Shown here in pieces: positions 40,097-50,152 of a DNA stretch of 64,000 nt (within the stretch, counting starts at the first letter, position 1; each line of letters starts with the position of its first letter). This stretch comes from Candidatus Latescibacterota bacterium. GTDB taxonomy: Bacteria; Latescibacterota; UBA2968; GCA-2709665. The DNA is taken from positions 2,080,001-2,144,000 of the forward strand of contig OZ242358.1 in the NCBI GenBank assembly GCA_965208835.1, given 5' to 3'. A model generated the notes under the pieces. It did not search any database and was not told the DNA's origin. It saw only the letters and a program-made list of their open reading frames with translations. The position numbers and the translations under genes were made by a program.

Positions 40097-40204
40097 TTAG
40101 TCCGCTGGCGATTTGAAACGGCTGACGCACGCGCCGCAGGTGGGGGCGTGTGAATAAAGGTCTCGAATCGTGGTGGCGTTTAGCCGATGAATTGAGGTTG
40201 CCGG

Positions 40205-41053
40205 ATGCCGTTACAGGCTTTCATCCTGGTTTTGATCTCCACCGTCATGCATGCCGCGTGGAATTTCGCGGTTCGAAAAGCGTCCGGCAGTCTGGCGGTT
40301 CTGTGGGTGGGCAAGTGGTTCGCGGTGGCCCTGTGCCTTCCGGCCTTCTGCTATTTCCCCCTCGGCGCCGATGCGGTTGCGGCGGCATGGCCCTTTATCG
40401 CGGCTACGGGACTGGCCCATACGGTATATTTCCTGATGCTGGCCAAAGCATACGAAGAGGGGGAGATTTCGGTGGTGTACCCTCTCGCGCGGGGCACCGG
40501 CGTCGGAGGGACGGCGCTGGCGGCGTGGATTCTTATCGACGAGCAGCTTACGATGCCGGGTGTGGTGGGAATCGTGACCGTCGTGCTTGGAATTATCCTT
40601 CTTGGCGTCGCCGATTTGCGAACGCCGAAGAACCGCCGGTCCCTGGCGTACGCACTCTGTGTCGGCGTAACGATCGCAGTCTATTCCGTCGTGGACAAGC
40701 AGGGCGTATCGCATATTCATCCCGTGCATTACGTCTTTTCCCTTTTCCTTATTCCAGCGGTACTCCTGTCCCCCTACGTGCTCTTGCGACACCGGCCGTC
40801 AGTGGTCCGGACGTGGTGCGGACTCAAGAGATATGCGCTCTGGGCGGGGCCCGGTTCCATGGCGACGTATCTGCTCGTACTGTTTGCAATGCGCCTTGGC
40901 AAGGTCAGCTATATACTCGCCGTCAGGGAGTTCTCCGTGGTCATCGGCGCCGCCCTGGGTGTTCTCTTCCTGGGCGAGCGATTCGGATGGCACAAAGCCA
41001 CGGGGATTGCCGCGATTGTGCTGGGCCTGGCGCTGGTCAAGCTGGGCGGCTAG
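40205..41053 (+). CDS. EamA/DMT family transporter
   Basis: HAAWN, ISVVYPLARG, YSVVDK and VREFSVVIG motifs; about 10 TM helices. Confidence 0.9.
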   Translation: MPLQAFILVLISTVMHAAWNFAVRKASGSLAVLWVGKWFAVALCLPAFCYFPLGADAVAAAWPFIAATGLAHTVYFLMLAKAYEEGEISVVYPLARGTGVGGTALAAWILIDEQLTMPGVVGIVTVVLGIILLGVADLRTPKNRRSLAYALCVGVTIAVYSVVDKQGVSHIHPVHYVFSLFLIPAVLLSPYVLLRHRPSVVRTWCGLKRYALWAGPGSMATYLLVLFAMRLGKVSYILAVREFSVVIGAALGVLFLGERFGWHKATGIAAIVLGLALVKLGG

Positions 41054-41222
41054 GCTGCCGGGAAGCAGCAAAAACAGCTTCCAACGTCAGCGCCCTGACG
41101 AGGCGGCACCGGAACCGGCGCAGCAAGACAGGATGGATCAGCGTTCCAAGATAGCCGGAGGGAGAGGTAGGGTCAAGCGCTTATCTCCCGTGTGAGGATG
41201 CCCCTGGAACGGGAGATTTCGC

Positions 41223-41251
41223 TTTACAGGCAATCGGCCGCTCCGTATCAT
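41223..41251 (+). promoter_or_regulatory. Possible sigma70 promoter for the GH38-like gene run
   Basis: TTTACA-17 bp-TATCAT; the family A element starts right after the -10 box. Confidence 0.45.
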
Positions 41252-41252
41252 A

Positions 41253-41414
41253 ACAGTCCGTTGATAAAGTCGCTCTGCAGGCGAGGCCGAGCCATTATGG
41301 CCGAAGACAAGGCGCGCGACCGAGTCCCATCCTGCGATTCGGCGAGGGAGCGCAACGCAGTATTTCGACCGCAAGGGCCGGCCGTAGCCCGGATGGACTT
41401 TTTCAACGGGCTGA
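41253..41414. mobile_element. MITE-like repeat family A, longest copy (162 bp)
   Basis: TA-ACAGTCCGTTGATAAAG...CTTTTTCAACGGGCTGA-TA. Confidence 0.88.
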
Positions 41415-41480
41415 TAAGGCGCCTTATTGTGACGATCCGACAACGCACGACGGCCTACCTGACCGGTGGTCGAAATCTCC

Positions 41481-44012
41481 ATGTCGAAAGACGCATTACA
41501 CGTTGTCCCTTTTTCCCGGCTCACACTCTTCGGATTGGGCGACAAAGAGGCGTGCCTGTCTCGCGCAGCGCAGGTCATCTCACAGGTCCTGCGCCTGGTG
41601 GAATCCAGGGAAGATTTCAGTTTCTCAATCGAGAACTCGGTCCATCTGAGCGCTTATCTCAGGTCGCATCCCGAGGCGGCGGCGCGGGTCCGGAAGGCGG
41701 TTTCCCGTGGGCGTCTGGAATTGGGGGCTGCCTGGACCCAGATGGATCACCGTCTGTCCGCCGACGAAGACCTGGTCCGAAATCTGCTCTACGGAAAGGC
41801 CTTCGCCCGCGAGGCGCTCGGCGTGGACCCGACAGTTGTGCATCTGGGTGACGGGGGAGGCACGACTTCGCAATACGTGCAGGCCGCCTTCAAGTGTGGA
41901 GTCAAGCATGTCGTAATCACCGGGACAGGATGGAAGCAGCCCGTTCTGTTCCGCTGGCAGGCGCCGGATGGCTCGCAGGTGATCTGCTGGAACGCAACCG
42001 GGGGAAGCGGGCTGCTCTGGGAAGCCGTTCGCGGAACGCCGCAGTCCAGGCGGCTCCGAAACGCGGAAATTGCACGTCAACGCGAGATGCACGAAGGGAG
42101 GTTGCCGCTGCATTGGGGCGGGCCGATGGTTCAGCCGTGCGAAACCGCCGTGGACGAGTTGCTGGAGTGGGCCGAGGACGAAGCGATCCGCATAAGGCTT
42201 GGGACGCCGTCGAGCGTCATCCCGAAGTCTCAATTGGAAGAGCGACTGCCGGAGGTCGACGCCGCGAATCCGCCCGGTGGATCGCATCTGGAACCGGTGT
42301 TCCCGGGAACCGCGCCCCTGAACGACCGGGCTGTCTGCGGGCTGTCGCGTGCAGAGCAGTTGTCGGCCATGGCGGAGAGTCTCGTTTCGTTCACCTATCC
42401 TCGTGCGGCCCTCGAATCGGCGTGGCTGCGGCAACTGGAGTCGACGTCGTACCGTTACGACGGCGTGGCTTCGGAGGAGGGACTGGAGTACAGGCGGACC
42501 GACCAGCAGAACGTGATTGCGACGGCGTCAGGGATCGTGTGCCAGGCTGAACGGATGATCGCGGAACGGGTGACGCCCCGCGACGGTCCGGACGGCAGGA
42601 TGCCCGTCGTGGTATTCAATCCGCTTTCGTGGACGCGTACCGGCCTGGCGGAAATCCATGTCACGTTTTACGGGGCGGTGGAAGGGACCGACTTTTCCCG
42701 GTACGAAACATATAAGCTGGTTGATGCTTCCGGTCGGACGGTGCCGTTCCAGGAACTGGCGGGCAGACAGACCGAGACCGCCGAAGTGCGTCTGATGTTT
42801 ATGGCTCGCCAGGTTCCGGCAAACGGATATGCGACCTATTATCTCGTTCCCGGCGTTACGGAAACGCAGCCGCTTGTGGGCATCCATCAGCCGGAGACGA
42901 TGGCGCCGGGGCTGATGGCGCCTGAATTCCCTGAGCCCAGCTTTGTACTGGAAGACGTCGAGGACCGCGTGTCCGAAGCATTCGGGAGCGTGCGGATCGG
43001 CCGCCGTTTCAGGACGGCTTCCGTCGACCTCGAAGTTGACGAAATAACCGGTCGCGTGCGCGTGTCGGACAGAAGCGCGGACGGTCCGCTGGTCGACGGA
43101 ATTCATCTCATTGGCACCGAGGAAGCCCTGACCGACCGATCCGCCGTCACCGGCAGGCGGTTCGAGATGGCGGTCGAACGCGTCGATCTCGAAGAGAGCG
43201 GCGAGGTGCGGGCGACGTTGCTCGTGGCCGGAAAGCTGTTGTCGTCTCCATGTGAGATCAGATACCGGGTTTACGGCGAACTGGACCGGGTGGACGTGGA
43301 TCTCCGGATCCAGTGGCAGGACCGGAATCCCGTTAGAGTGCAGATGGTCTTCCCGGTCGCCGCCGGCGCCATCCGGTATGGGACGCCTCACGGCCATCAG
43401 AAACTCGAGGAAGCCGGGGGTGGAAACGCCTCGCTCGAAGTGCAGCGGATCTGTCAGGGATGGGTGGCCGTGGATGGACCCGATCGCGGCTTCGTGATCG
43501 CATCGGACCGGAAGGCGTTTCAGTTCGGCGCCGGCGAAGTGCGCGGCGAGGTCCTGCATTCAGGGCTCGACCCTGCATCGTATTCCTATAACGTCATATG
43601 GCGCGGGTTTCCGGACGCGGTGACGAGTAGATATTCCATCCGGGCATATAACGGCGATTTCGCGCGGGGAAACGCCTTCCGGGACGGATGGGAACTCCGC
43701 CAGGCTTTGAACGCCAGGGTCGTGTATGACCTGGTTTCAGAGAAATCATTGCCGGATCGAATGCAGTTCATCAACCTCGAGGGCCCCGGGATTGTTTGTA
43801 CGGCAATTAAACAGGCGGAAGACGGCGAAGGACTGATCGTGCGGGCTTACGAGACCGTCGGCGGCACATGCGAAGCCCGGCTGGTCTCGTGCCGCAATGT
43901 CGTCTCGCTCCATGAAACGGACCTTATGGAACGCCGCGTTCGGGATCTGGACGTCGACGCCATCGCATTCACCCCCTTCGAAATCAAGACCCTTCGGGTT
44001 GTGTTGAACTGA
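41481..44012 (+). CDS. Glycoside hydrolase family 38 (alpha-mannosidase)-like protein with degenerate metal site
   Basis: GRLELG.W, EDLVRNLLYG, FRWQAPDGS, VFNPLSWTR, IKQAEDG..LIVRAYE and PFEIKTL motifs. Confidence 0.8.
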   Translation: MSKDALHVVPFSRLTLFGLGDKEACLSRAAQVISQVLRLVESREDFSFSIENSVHLSAYLRSHPEAAARVRKAVSRGRLELGAAWTQMDHRLSADEDLVRNLLYGKAFAREALGVDPTVVHLGDGGGTTSQYVQAAFKCGVKHVVITGTGWKQPVLFRWQAPDGSQVICWNATGGSGLLWEAVRGTPQSRRLRNAEIARQREMHEGRLPLHWGGPMVQPCETAVDELLEWAEDEAIRIRLGTPSSVIPKSQLEERLPEVDAANPPGGSHLEPVFPGTAPLNDRAVCGLSRAEQLSAMAESLVSFTYPRAALESAWLRQLESTSYRYDGVASEEGLEYRRTDQQNVIATASGIVCQAERMIAERVTPRDGPDGRMPVVVFNPLSWTRTGLAEIHVTFYGAVEGTDFSRYETYKLVDASGRTVPFQELAGRQTETAEVRLMFMARQVPANGYATYYLVPGVTETQPLVGIHQPETMAPGLMAPEFPEPSFVLEDVEDRVSEAFGSVRIGRRFRTASVDLEVDEITGRVRVSDRSADGPLVDGIHLIGTEEALTDRSAVTGRRFEMAVERVDLEESGEVRATLLVAGKLLSSPCEIRYRVYGELDRVDVDLRIQWQDRNPVRVQMVFPVAAGAIRYGTPHGHQKLEEAGGGNASLEVQRICQGWVAVDGPDRGFVIASDRKAFQFGAGEVRGEVLHSGLDPASYSYNVIWRGFPDAVTSRYSIRAYNGDFARGNAFRDGWELRQALNARVVYDLVSEKSLPDRMQFINLEGPGIVCTAIKQAEDGEGLIVRAYETVGGTCEARLVSCRNVVSLHETDLMERRVRDLDVDAIAFTPFEIKTLRVVLN

Positions 44013-44145
44013 CGTCTGCCGATCAGGCGGCGGCCGGGCGTCCGTCCGTTCCCCGCCAAATTGGCAGGTTGCTGCACATATCTTTCCGTCGTGCTCCCCG
44101 TCCGATCCCCACGGAGCGCGCGACACAAGGGAGGAGGCGTCTCTC

Positions 44146-44874
44146 ATGGCGAACATCGAGGTGCCGGTACGTTACTACAAGGACTACCCCGGCGGTTACG
44201 ATTACGGGTACGAGGACCTTGCGTTGCCGCTCGAACGCTGTTGTTTTCTGCTTGTGGACGTGGATGGAGCCTATTCGTTCAAGGGCGAAAGAATGCCGCA
44301 TCCGACAACGCAGCACTTTATCGGACCGGCTCTTGAGGCCGCCCGGTCCGTGAAAATGAAAGTGGCGTACGTCCATAACGACTTGAGACTCGTGGCCGAT
44401 CCCGGTTGTGTGGCGGGACAATTCTGGAGCAGGACCAAGGTGCCCAACGGCGACCTGATGGAAAGCTGGACCAAGAGGCCGGACTACGAACCGGTGTACG
44501 TGGATTGCGTGGCGCCGCGCCCCGGCGAGCCGAATTTTCCCAAGTGGATGTGGAGCGGATTTCGCGATACGTTTCTCGATCAGAGGCTGCGTTCCTGGGA
44601 CATAGAGAATCTGTTTGTGGTGGGCTACAGCCGACGTGCGTGTCTGCACTACACCTGCGCGGAGGCGATGGGCCACAACTATCGCGTGATCCTCCTGCGT
44701 GACTGTTCGAATCCGCCCGGAGAAATCGAGTTTCCGGATACCCTGGACGACAGCCTGCCCGAGGGCGGATGGGTGAATCGGATGATGCTTCGCCAGTTCG
44801 AGCACCTGATCGGTTTTACCACGACGTCCGCTGAGTTCGCGGCCTCATGTAAACAGCTGGAGAAACCCGCATGA
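44146..44874 (+). CDS. Isochorismatase-family cysteine hydrolase
   Basis: Asp (LLVDV), Lys (FPKW) and Cys (RRACLHYT) triad; SGFRDTFLD. Confidence 0.82.
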   Translation: MANIEVPVRYYKDYPGGYDYGYEDLALPLERCCFLLVDVDGAYSFKGERMPHPTTQHFIGPALEAARSVKMKVAYVHNDLRLVADPGCVAGQFWSRTKVPNGDLMESWTKRPDYEPVYVDCVAPRPGEPNFPKWMWSGFRDTFLDQRLRSWDIENLFVVGYSRRACLHYTCAEAMGHNYRVILLRDCSNPPGEIEFPDTLDDSLPEGGWVNRMMLRQFEHLIGFTTTSAEFAASCKQLEKPA

Positions 44875-45992
44875 AAATCCGGGACATCGATACGATTCTG
44901 ATCAACTCGCCCGGGCGGAAGTGGACAGTCGTACGGGTGCACACGGACGAAGGGCCGGTGGGACTCGGAGAGGCAACCTACTCTCAAAAAGAGCCCGTGG
45001 TGGCATCGGCGCTGGAACACATGAAACAGGAACTGATTGGCGAGGATGTCTCGCGGATCGAATATCTCTGGCACAAGATCTACAGGATATCGTCACGCAG
45101 CGGGATCTGGCGGATGGTGGGACCCGTGTGGATGAGTGCCCTGAGCGGAATCGACCAGGCGCTGTGGGACCTGAAGGGGAAGGCGGCGAACCTTCCGCTG
45201 GTGGAGTTGCTGGGAGGAAGATTCCGGGACAGTGTTCGAGTGTATACACACTTCAGCGGAGCGACACCCGAAGCGTCGGCAAAGAGTGCCAGGTTCTGGG
45301 CAGACAGGGGTTTCAAGGCGCTGAAGACCGGTGCGCGATCGAATACCGGCCGCCCGTTCGAATTCTACCTGGACGATGGCGCACCGGGCGAAACCGCGGC
45401 CTGTTTCGCGGCCGCCAGGGAAGCGGTTGGTCCGGATGTCGACCTTCTGGTCGACTGCCACGGACGGTTTACGGTCGGCGGGGCCGTACGGCTGGCCCGC
45501 GCGCTGGAGCCCTATGGTCTGTTCTGTTTCGAGGACCCGGTTCCTCCCGAGGATCTGTCCGCGTATCCGAAAGTGAGGAGCCGGACGTCCATTCCGATTA
45601 TGGGCAGCGAACGGCTGAACACGAAGACACAGTACCGGCAACTGCTGGAATTGGATGGAATCGATATCGCCCAACCGGACCTCATGTACGCGGGCGGAAT
45701 AACGGAGGTGAAGAAGATCGCGGCGATTGCCGACACCTACCACGTTCCGATCTCCTTTCACAATACAAAGGGGCCGGTGGGTATTCTGGCGGCGGCGCAT
45801 CTGCTGGCTTCCATTCCGAACGAAGCGCCGATGGAGTTTGTCACCGGAATTGAATGGCGGGATGAGATTCTGGTCGAACCCCTGAAGATCGAAGCGGGCC
45901 GCCTGGTGCTGCCGGAAGGACCGGGCCTGGGGGTGGAACTGAACATGGAGGGCGTGGAGAAACATCGGTGGCGCGTGGGGGACCCCTTTTGA
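44871..45992 (+). CDS. Mandelate racemase/galactonate dehydratase-like enolase-superfamily enzyme
   Basis: GLGEAT, SGIDQALWDLKGK, KALK, VDCH, FEDP, GSER and PGLG motifs. Confidence 0.9.
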   Translation: MKIRDIDTILINSPGRKWTVVRVHTDEGPVGLGEATYSQKEPVVASALEHMKQELIGEDVSRIEYLWHKIYRISSRSGIWRMVGPVWMSALSGIDQALWDLKGKAANLPLVELLGGRFRDSVRVYTHFSGATPEASAKSARFWADRGFKALKTGARSNTGRPFEFYLDDGAPGETAACFAAAREAVGPDVDLLVDCHGRFTVGGAVRLARALEPYGLFCFEDPVPPEDLSAYPKVRSRTSIPIMGSERLNTKTQYRQLLELDGIDIAQPDLMYAGGITEVKKIAAIADTYHVPISFHNTKGPVGILAAAHLLASIPNEAPMEFVTGIEWRDEILVEPLKIEAGRLVLPEGPGLGVELNMEGVEKHRWRVGDPF

Positions 45993-46085
45993 AGGGGCGG
46001 CGGGTGGCTGACGCCTCTGCACCTTGCCCGGCTGCGGCCGGCCTTCGGAACCGACGTTCAATCGCACTCCGGAAACGCACCGATT

Positions 46086-47705
46086 ATGTTTGACGTTCTG
46101 ATCCGAAATGCCAGTGTTGTCGATGGAACCGGCGCGGCCGCCTTCGTCGGCGACGTGGGTATTGAAGGGGACAGAATCGCGGCCGTGGGGGATGTGTCGG
46201 GCCCGTCCAGGGTGGAGGTCGACGCGGCGGGGCTGACAGCGGCGCCGGGATTCATCGACATCCACACCCATTCGGACTACAGCCTGCTGATCGACGGCCG
46301 GGGCGAGAGCGCGCTCTTTCAGGGCGTGACGACCCACGTGTGCGGAAACTGCGGCATATCGGCATTTCCGGTTGGGGGGAACGGGTTCTATTTCGGCCCG
46401 TTCGACTCGGCTCGACTGCGGTCTGCAGTGGCGGCGGACTGGGTATCCGCGGCCGGGTATTTCAACACGCTGGAGCGGCAGGGCGTGGCCATCAATGCCG
46501 CGTTTTTTGTGGGCCATGGCGCGGTTCGTCACACGGTGATGGGACAATCCACGCAGCGGCCCGCCCGGCAGGAGATGGAGGAAATGAAAGCGCTGGTGGA
46601 GGCCCAGATGGCCCAGGGTGCGCTGGGACTGTCCACCGGGCTGACCTACATGCCGGGCAGCAGCGCGAAGACAGACGAGATTATCGCCCTGACGGCCGTG
46701 ACCGCCCCGTACGGCGGGATCTACGCGACGCACATGCGCAACTATACAGCGTCCATTATGGAGGCATTGGAGGAGGCGATTCTGATCGGAGAGGAGGCGG
46801 GCGTTCCCGTTCACGCCTCTCACATAACGCCCTGTCCTCCTGCGACGGGTTCCGCGGACCGTCTGCTGGAACGGATCGACCGTGCGCAGGCAGAAGGGCA
46901 GGATGTAACGGCGGAAACCGAATTCTATGCGACCGGGTCCACGTCGCTCAAGTCTCTCCTGCCGCCTTGGGCGCTGGAGGGCGGAAACCGAAGGATGGTG
47001 GAACGATTGAAGGAGGCCCGGCAGCGACGACGAATGTGGCGGGAGATACAGGATCGCGGATCGGAACTCGGTGGGAGCACGAAGACGGTCTTGATGCAGC
47101 GCGGCCTCTGGCACAAGCTCTGGCTGGGTAATTGCGCCGTCAACGCGCAGCTGACGGGACGGACCTTCGCCGAAATCGGTCGAATTCGAAACACGCACCC
47201 GTTCGAGGCAATCTGCGACGTACTGGTCGATGAGGGCGGCGCAGCCAGCTTTTACGGTGAGGACAAGACCAATCTGGACATCGACTGTCTCGCGCAGGGC
47301 AAGTATTGCGGTGTGGGTTCAGACGGACTTGCAATGGCCAATACCGGTCCCCTGGCGGATGAAAGGGAACATCCCCGATGTTACGGAGGCATGGCCTATC
47401 TGATCCGAACGCTGGTTCGTGAACGGGGGGTACTGTCCCTGGAGTCCCTTGTGCAAAAGCTGACTCGGTTTCCTGCCGAAAGGATGGGGTTTACGGACCG
47501 GGGTCTGGTTCGGGAAGGAAAAAAGGCAGACCTGGTCCTGTTCGACCCCGACGGGATGCTGGACCGGGCGACAATTCAGAATCCCTGTCTCTATTCGGTA
47601 GGGGTCCGCTGGCTTTTTGTCAACGGCGTCGCCGCGATCGAGGACGGCAAGGCAACGGGAACGAGGGGCGGGAGGGTGTTGCGGCGAGGCCTGACCAGCA
47701 ACTGA
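46086..47705 (+). CDS. N-acyl-D-amino-acid deacylase (amidohydrolase family)
   Basis: APGFIDIHTHSD, GNCG, THMRN, SHI, GSDG and HPRCYG motifs. Confidence 0.9.
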   Translation: MFDVLIRNASVVDGTGAAAFVGDVGIEGDRIAAVGDVSGPSRVEVDAAGLTAAPGFIDIHTHSDYSLLIDGRGESALFQGVTTHVCGNCGISAFPVGGNGFYFGPFDSARLRSAVAADWVSAAGYFNTLERQGVAINAAFFVGHGAVRHTVMGQSTQRPARQEMEEMKALVEAQMAQGALGLSTGLTYMPGSSAKTDEIIALTAVTAPYGGIYATHMRNYTASIMEALEEAILIGEEAGVPVHASHITPCPPATGSADRLLERIDRAQAEGQDVTAETEFYATGSTSLKSLLPPWALEGGNRRMVERLKEARQRRRMWREIQDRGSELGGSTKTVLMQRGLWHKLWLGNCAVNAQLTGRTFAEIGRIRNTHPFEAICDVLVDEGGAASFYGEDKTNLDIDCLAQGKYCGVGSDGLAMANTGPLADEREHPRCYGGMAYLIRTLVRERGVLSLESLVQKLTRFPAERMGFTDRGLVREGKKADLVLFDPDGMLDRATIQNPCLYSVGVRWLFVNGVAAIEDGKATGTRGGRVLRRGLTSN

Positions 47706-47791
47706 GAAGGTGATCCACGTATTGCGGGCGGACGCGCCGTAAATGCGTCCCTCCCAGATGACCATTCTTCGCAGGAAACATTTCACCCGGT

Positions 47792-50149
47792 ATGCGATCA
47801 CGAAACATCACCTCATCCGAATGTGAGCCGCCACCGTTCTCCGTCCCGAATGGCGCTTGCGGCCCTTCCGCACTAACGCCATGGATACGGACTCTCGCGG
47901 CTGTCATGCTGGTCTGCGCCTCTCGAGTCGGCCACGCGCATGCCGCGGCGCCGTCAACTTTCCAGGACAGCGTGAAGCTCTTCCTGCCCGAGGTCCCGCT
48001 GGCTTCCCGGGTGGAGCAGTATGGCGATTTGCTGTTCATTCCGCCTGAAGGCAACGCCCGGATTCTGAGGGACCGCTATGGCGTGCCCCATATATACGGC
48101 AAGCGGGACGTCGACGTCGCGTTCGGTTTCGGGTACGCACAGGCCCAGGATCACCTGATTCCCATGTTGCTGAACTACCGTGCGGCGGCGGGAACGGCGT
48201 CGGAAGTGCTTGGCGCCGGTTACCTGGAAAGCGACGAGCGGGCGCTGCTCTGGCGAATCCGGAGCATAGCCGTTGCGCGGTACGGCGCGCTGCCACCCGA
48301 GATCCGTGATCTGATCGGCGCATTTGCCAACGGCGTGAACCACTATATCGATGTATACAGGGACGAGTTGCCGGACTGGGTCGCACACGTCGGCGGTACG
48401 GACGTCGTGGCGCTGTCCCGATGGCTGGTCATGATGTTTGCGGAGCAGGCGGGGCGGCCGGAACTGGCGAAAAAAGGATTGACGCCGTTCCTGCGTACCC
48501 GCGCGACGTCGAATATATTTGTCCTCGGTGGTTCACGGACAACTGTCGGAAACCCCGTTTTCGTGATGGATTTGCACCTGCCTTGGCGGGCGCCCTTTCA
48601 ACCGTACGAGGCACACCTTGTCAGTCGAGAGGGATTGAACGTGGCGGGCGTGACCGTGTTCGGGATTCCGGTCATTCTGGCGGGCCACAACATCCACATG
48701 GCGTGGTCGCTGGCGGCCAACGAGGCCGATGTCTTTGATCTGTACGAGCTGAAACTGGATCCGGCAAACCGGAAGCGGTATGTGTTCGACAAGGAAAAGA
48801 GGCGGATGTCGTCGCAGCGCGTGCAGATCCGGGTCGCGGATCCTCAGGGGATCCGCGAGGTCGAGCGAGAGTTGCTCTATTCCCACCACGGCCCGATCTA
48901 CAAGGCCGGTGACGATTGGGCCTATGCCGGCCGCTGCAGCGCCGAGGACGTCGTCAATACCATAGGGCAGTTTTACGCAATCAATCGGGCGCGCGACCCG
49001 GATGCGTTCGAGGCCGCGTTGCGGAAGCTTCAACTTCCCATGTTCCACGTCCTGTACGGCGACGCGGAAGGACGAATGTTATACGTGTACAGCGCGCGAA
49101 GCCCGATTCGCGCCGAAGAATTCGATTGGCAGAGTCCGGTCCCGGGCTGGGTCCCGGATACGGAATGGCGTCGCATTATCGGGTACGAGCGGCTCCCGCG
49201 AATCCTGAATCCGCGCGCGGATTTCCTGCAGAACTGCAATGTCGCGCCGGATTTCGTGACCCATGACAGCGGGCTCAGGCCCACCGACTTTCCTCCTTAC
49301 ATGGGCTGGGGCGGGCTGGACGACCGCGGTCAGCGTCTGCTGACCTGGCTGTCGGCCAACCGGAAAGCCACGCTGCGCCAGTTGAAGGAACTGGCCAGAG
49401 ATCCGTATCTGATCGCTTCTGAGGAACTGAAGGCGTTCATCTTCAGGGCGTACAACCGATCGTGGTGGGAAATCTACGATCCTGACAGGCGGCTGGCCCA
49501 TGCCGTGGAGCTTCTGCGCGACTGGGACAACCGGGCGACGGTCGAAAGCCGTGCCACGGTGTTGTTCTCGCTCTGGAAAAACAGGTTCAATGAGCTAAAC
49601 TCCGGGGTATTGCCCGAGCAGACGAGCCGATTGGTGGTTCTGGAGAAACTGGCACTCGAGGCATTGAGGATGGTTGTCGAGCAGATGATGGCGACCTACG
49701 GGAGGCTGGACGTTCCGTGGGGCGAAGCGCACGTGATTGAACGGGGCGGCCGCCTCTTCCCGGTGGGCGGTTCGGCGCCCGGTACGCGGGCGCTGCATAC
49801 CACCTGGTCGAAGCCCGGTGAGGACGGCCTGTTTCGCGTCGACGGCGGATCGGCGTATACAATGGTGGTGGAGCTGGCGGATTCCCTTCGGTCCTGGAGC
49901 CTTCAGTCCTTCGGCAACAGTGAGGATCCGGAGTCGGACAACTATCACGATCAGGCTGCGATGCAGGCGACCGGGGAACTGAAGCGCTTCCGGCTTGAGC
50001 GTGACGAGGTACGTGCAGACCTGCGGTCGGTGGTATCCGTGCCGCTCGAGCAGGTGGACGTCGACCGGGAACGGTTTCGCATCCGCTGGAAATTGAGGTC
50101 GGCGTCGGAGGAGGCGGTGGAACAGGAGCCTGACGACGGAGGCGGTTGA
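47792..50149 (+). CDS. Penicillin/cephalosporin acylase family Ntn-hydrolase
   Basis: RDRYGVPHIY and FGYAQAQD motifs; beta-subunit start SN (ATSNIF); HHGP, QNCN and HDQA motifs; start uncertain. Confidence 0.88.
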   Translation: MRSRNITSSECEPPPFSVPNGACGPSALTPWIRTLAAVMLVCASRVGHAHAAAPSTFQDSVKLFLPEVPLASRVEQYGDLLFIPPEGNARILRDRYGVPHIYGKRDVDVAFGFGYAQAQDHLIPMLLNYRAAAGTASEVLGAGYLESDERALLWRIRSIAVARYGALPPEIRDLIGAFANGVNHYIDVYRDELPDWVAHVGGTDVVALSRWLVMMFAEQAGRPELAKKGLTPFLRTRATSNIFVLGGSRTTVGNPVFVMDLHLPWRAPFQPYEAHLVSREGLNVAGVTVFGIPVILAGHNIHMAWSLAANEADVFDLYELKLDPANRKRYVFDKEKRRMSSQRVQIRVADPQGIREVERELLYSHHGPIYKAGDDWAYAGRCSAEDVVNTIGQFYAINRARDPDAFEAALRKLQLPMFHVLYGDAEGRMLYVYSARSPIRAEEFDWQSPVPGWVPDTEWRRIIGYERLPRILNPRADFLQNCNVAPDFVTHDSGLRPTDFPPYMGWGGLDDRGQRLLTWLSANRKATLRQLKELARDPYLIASEELKAFIFRAYNRSWWEIYDPDRRLAHAVELLRDWDNRATVESRATVLFSLWKNRFNELNSGVLPEQTSRLVVLEKLALEALRMVVEQMMATYGRLDVPWGEAHVIERGGRLFPVGGSAPGTRALHTTWSKPGEDGLFRVDGGSAYTMVVELADSLRSWSLQSFGNSEDPESDNYHDQAAMQATGELKRFRLERDEVRADLRSVVSVPLEQVDVDRERFRIRWKLRSASEEAVEQEPDDGGG

Positions 50150-50152
50150 ATC

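Noticed and set aside
45093-47198. 701-aa antisense ORF
   Set aside because: It lies opposite the dehydratase and D-aminoacylase genes, has no motifs, and is expected from GC-rich codon bias
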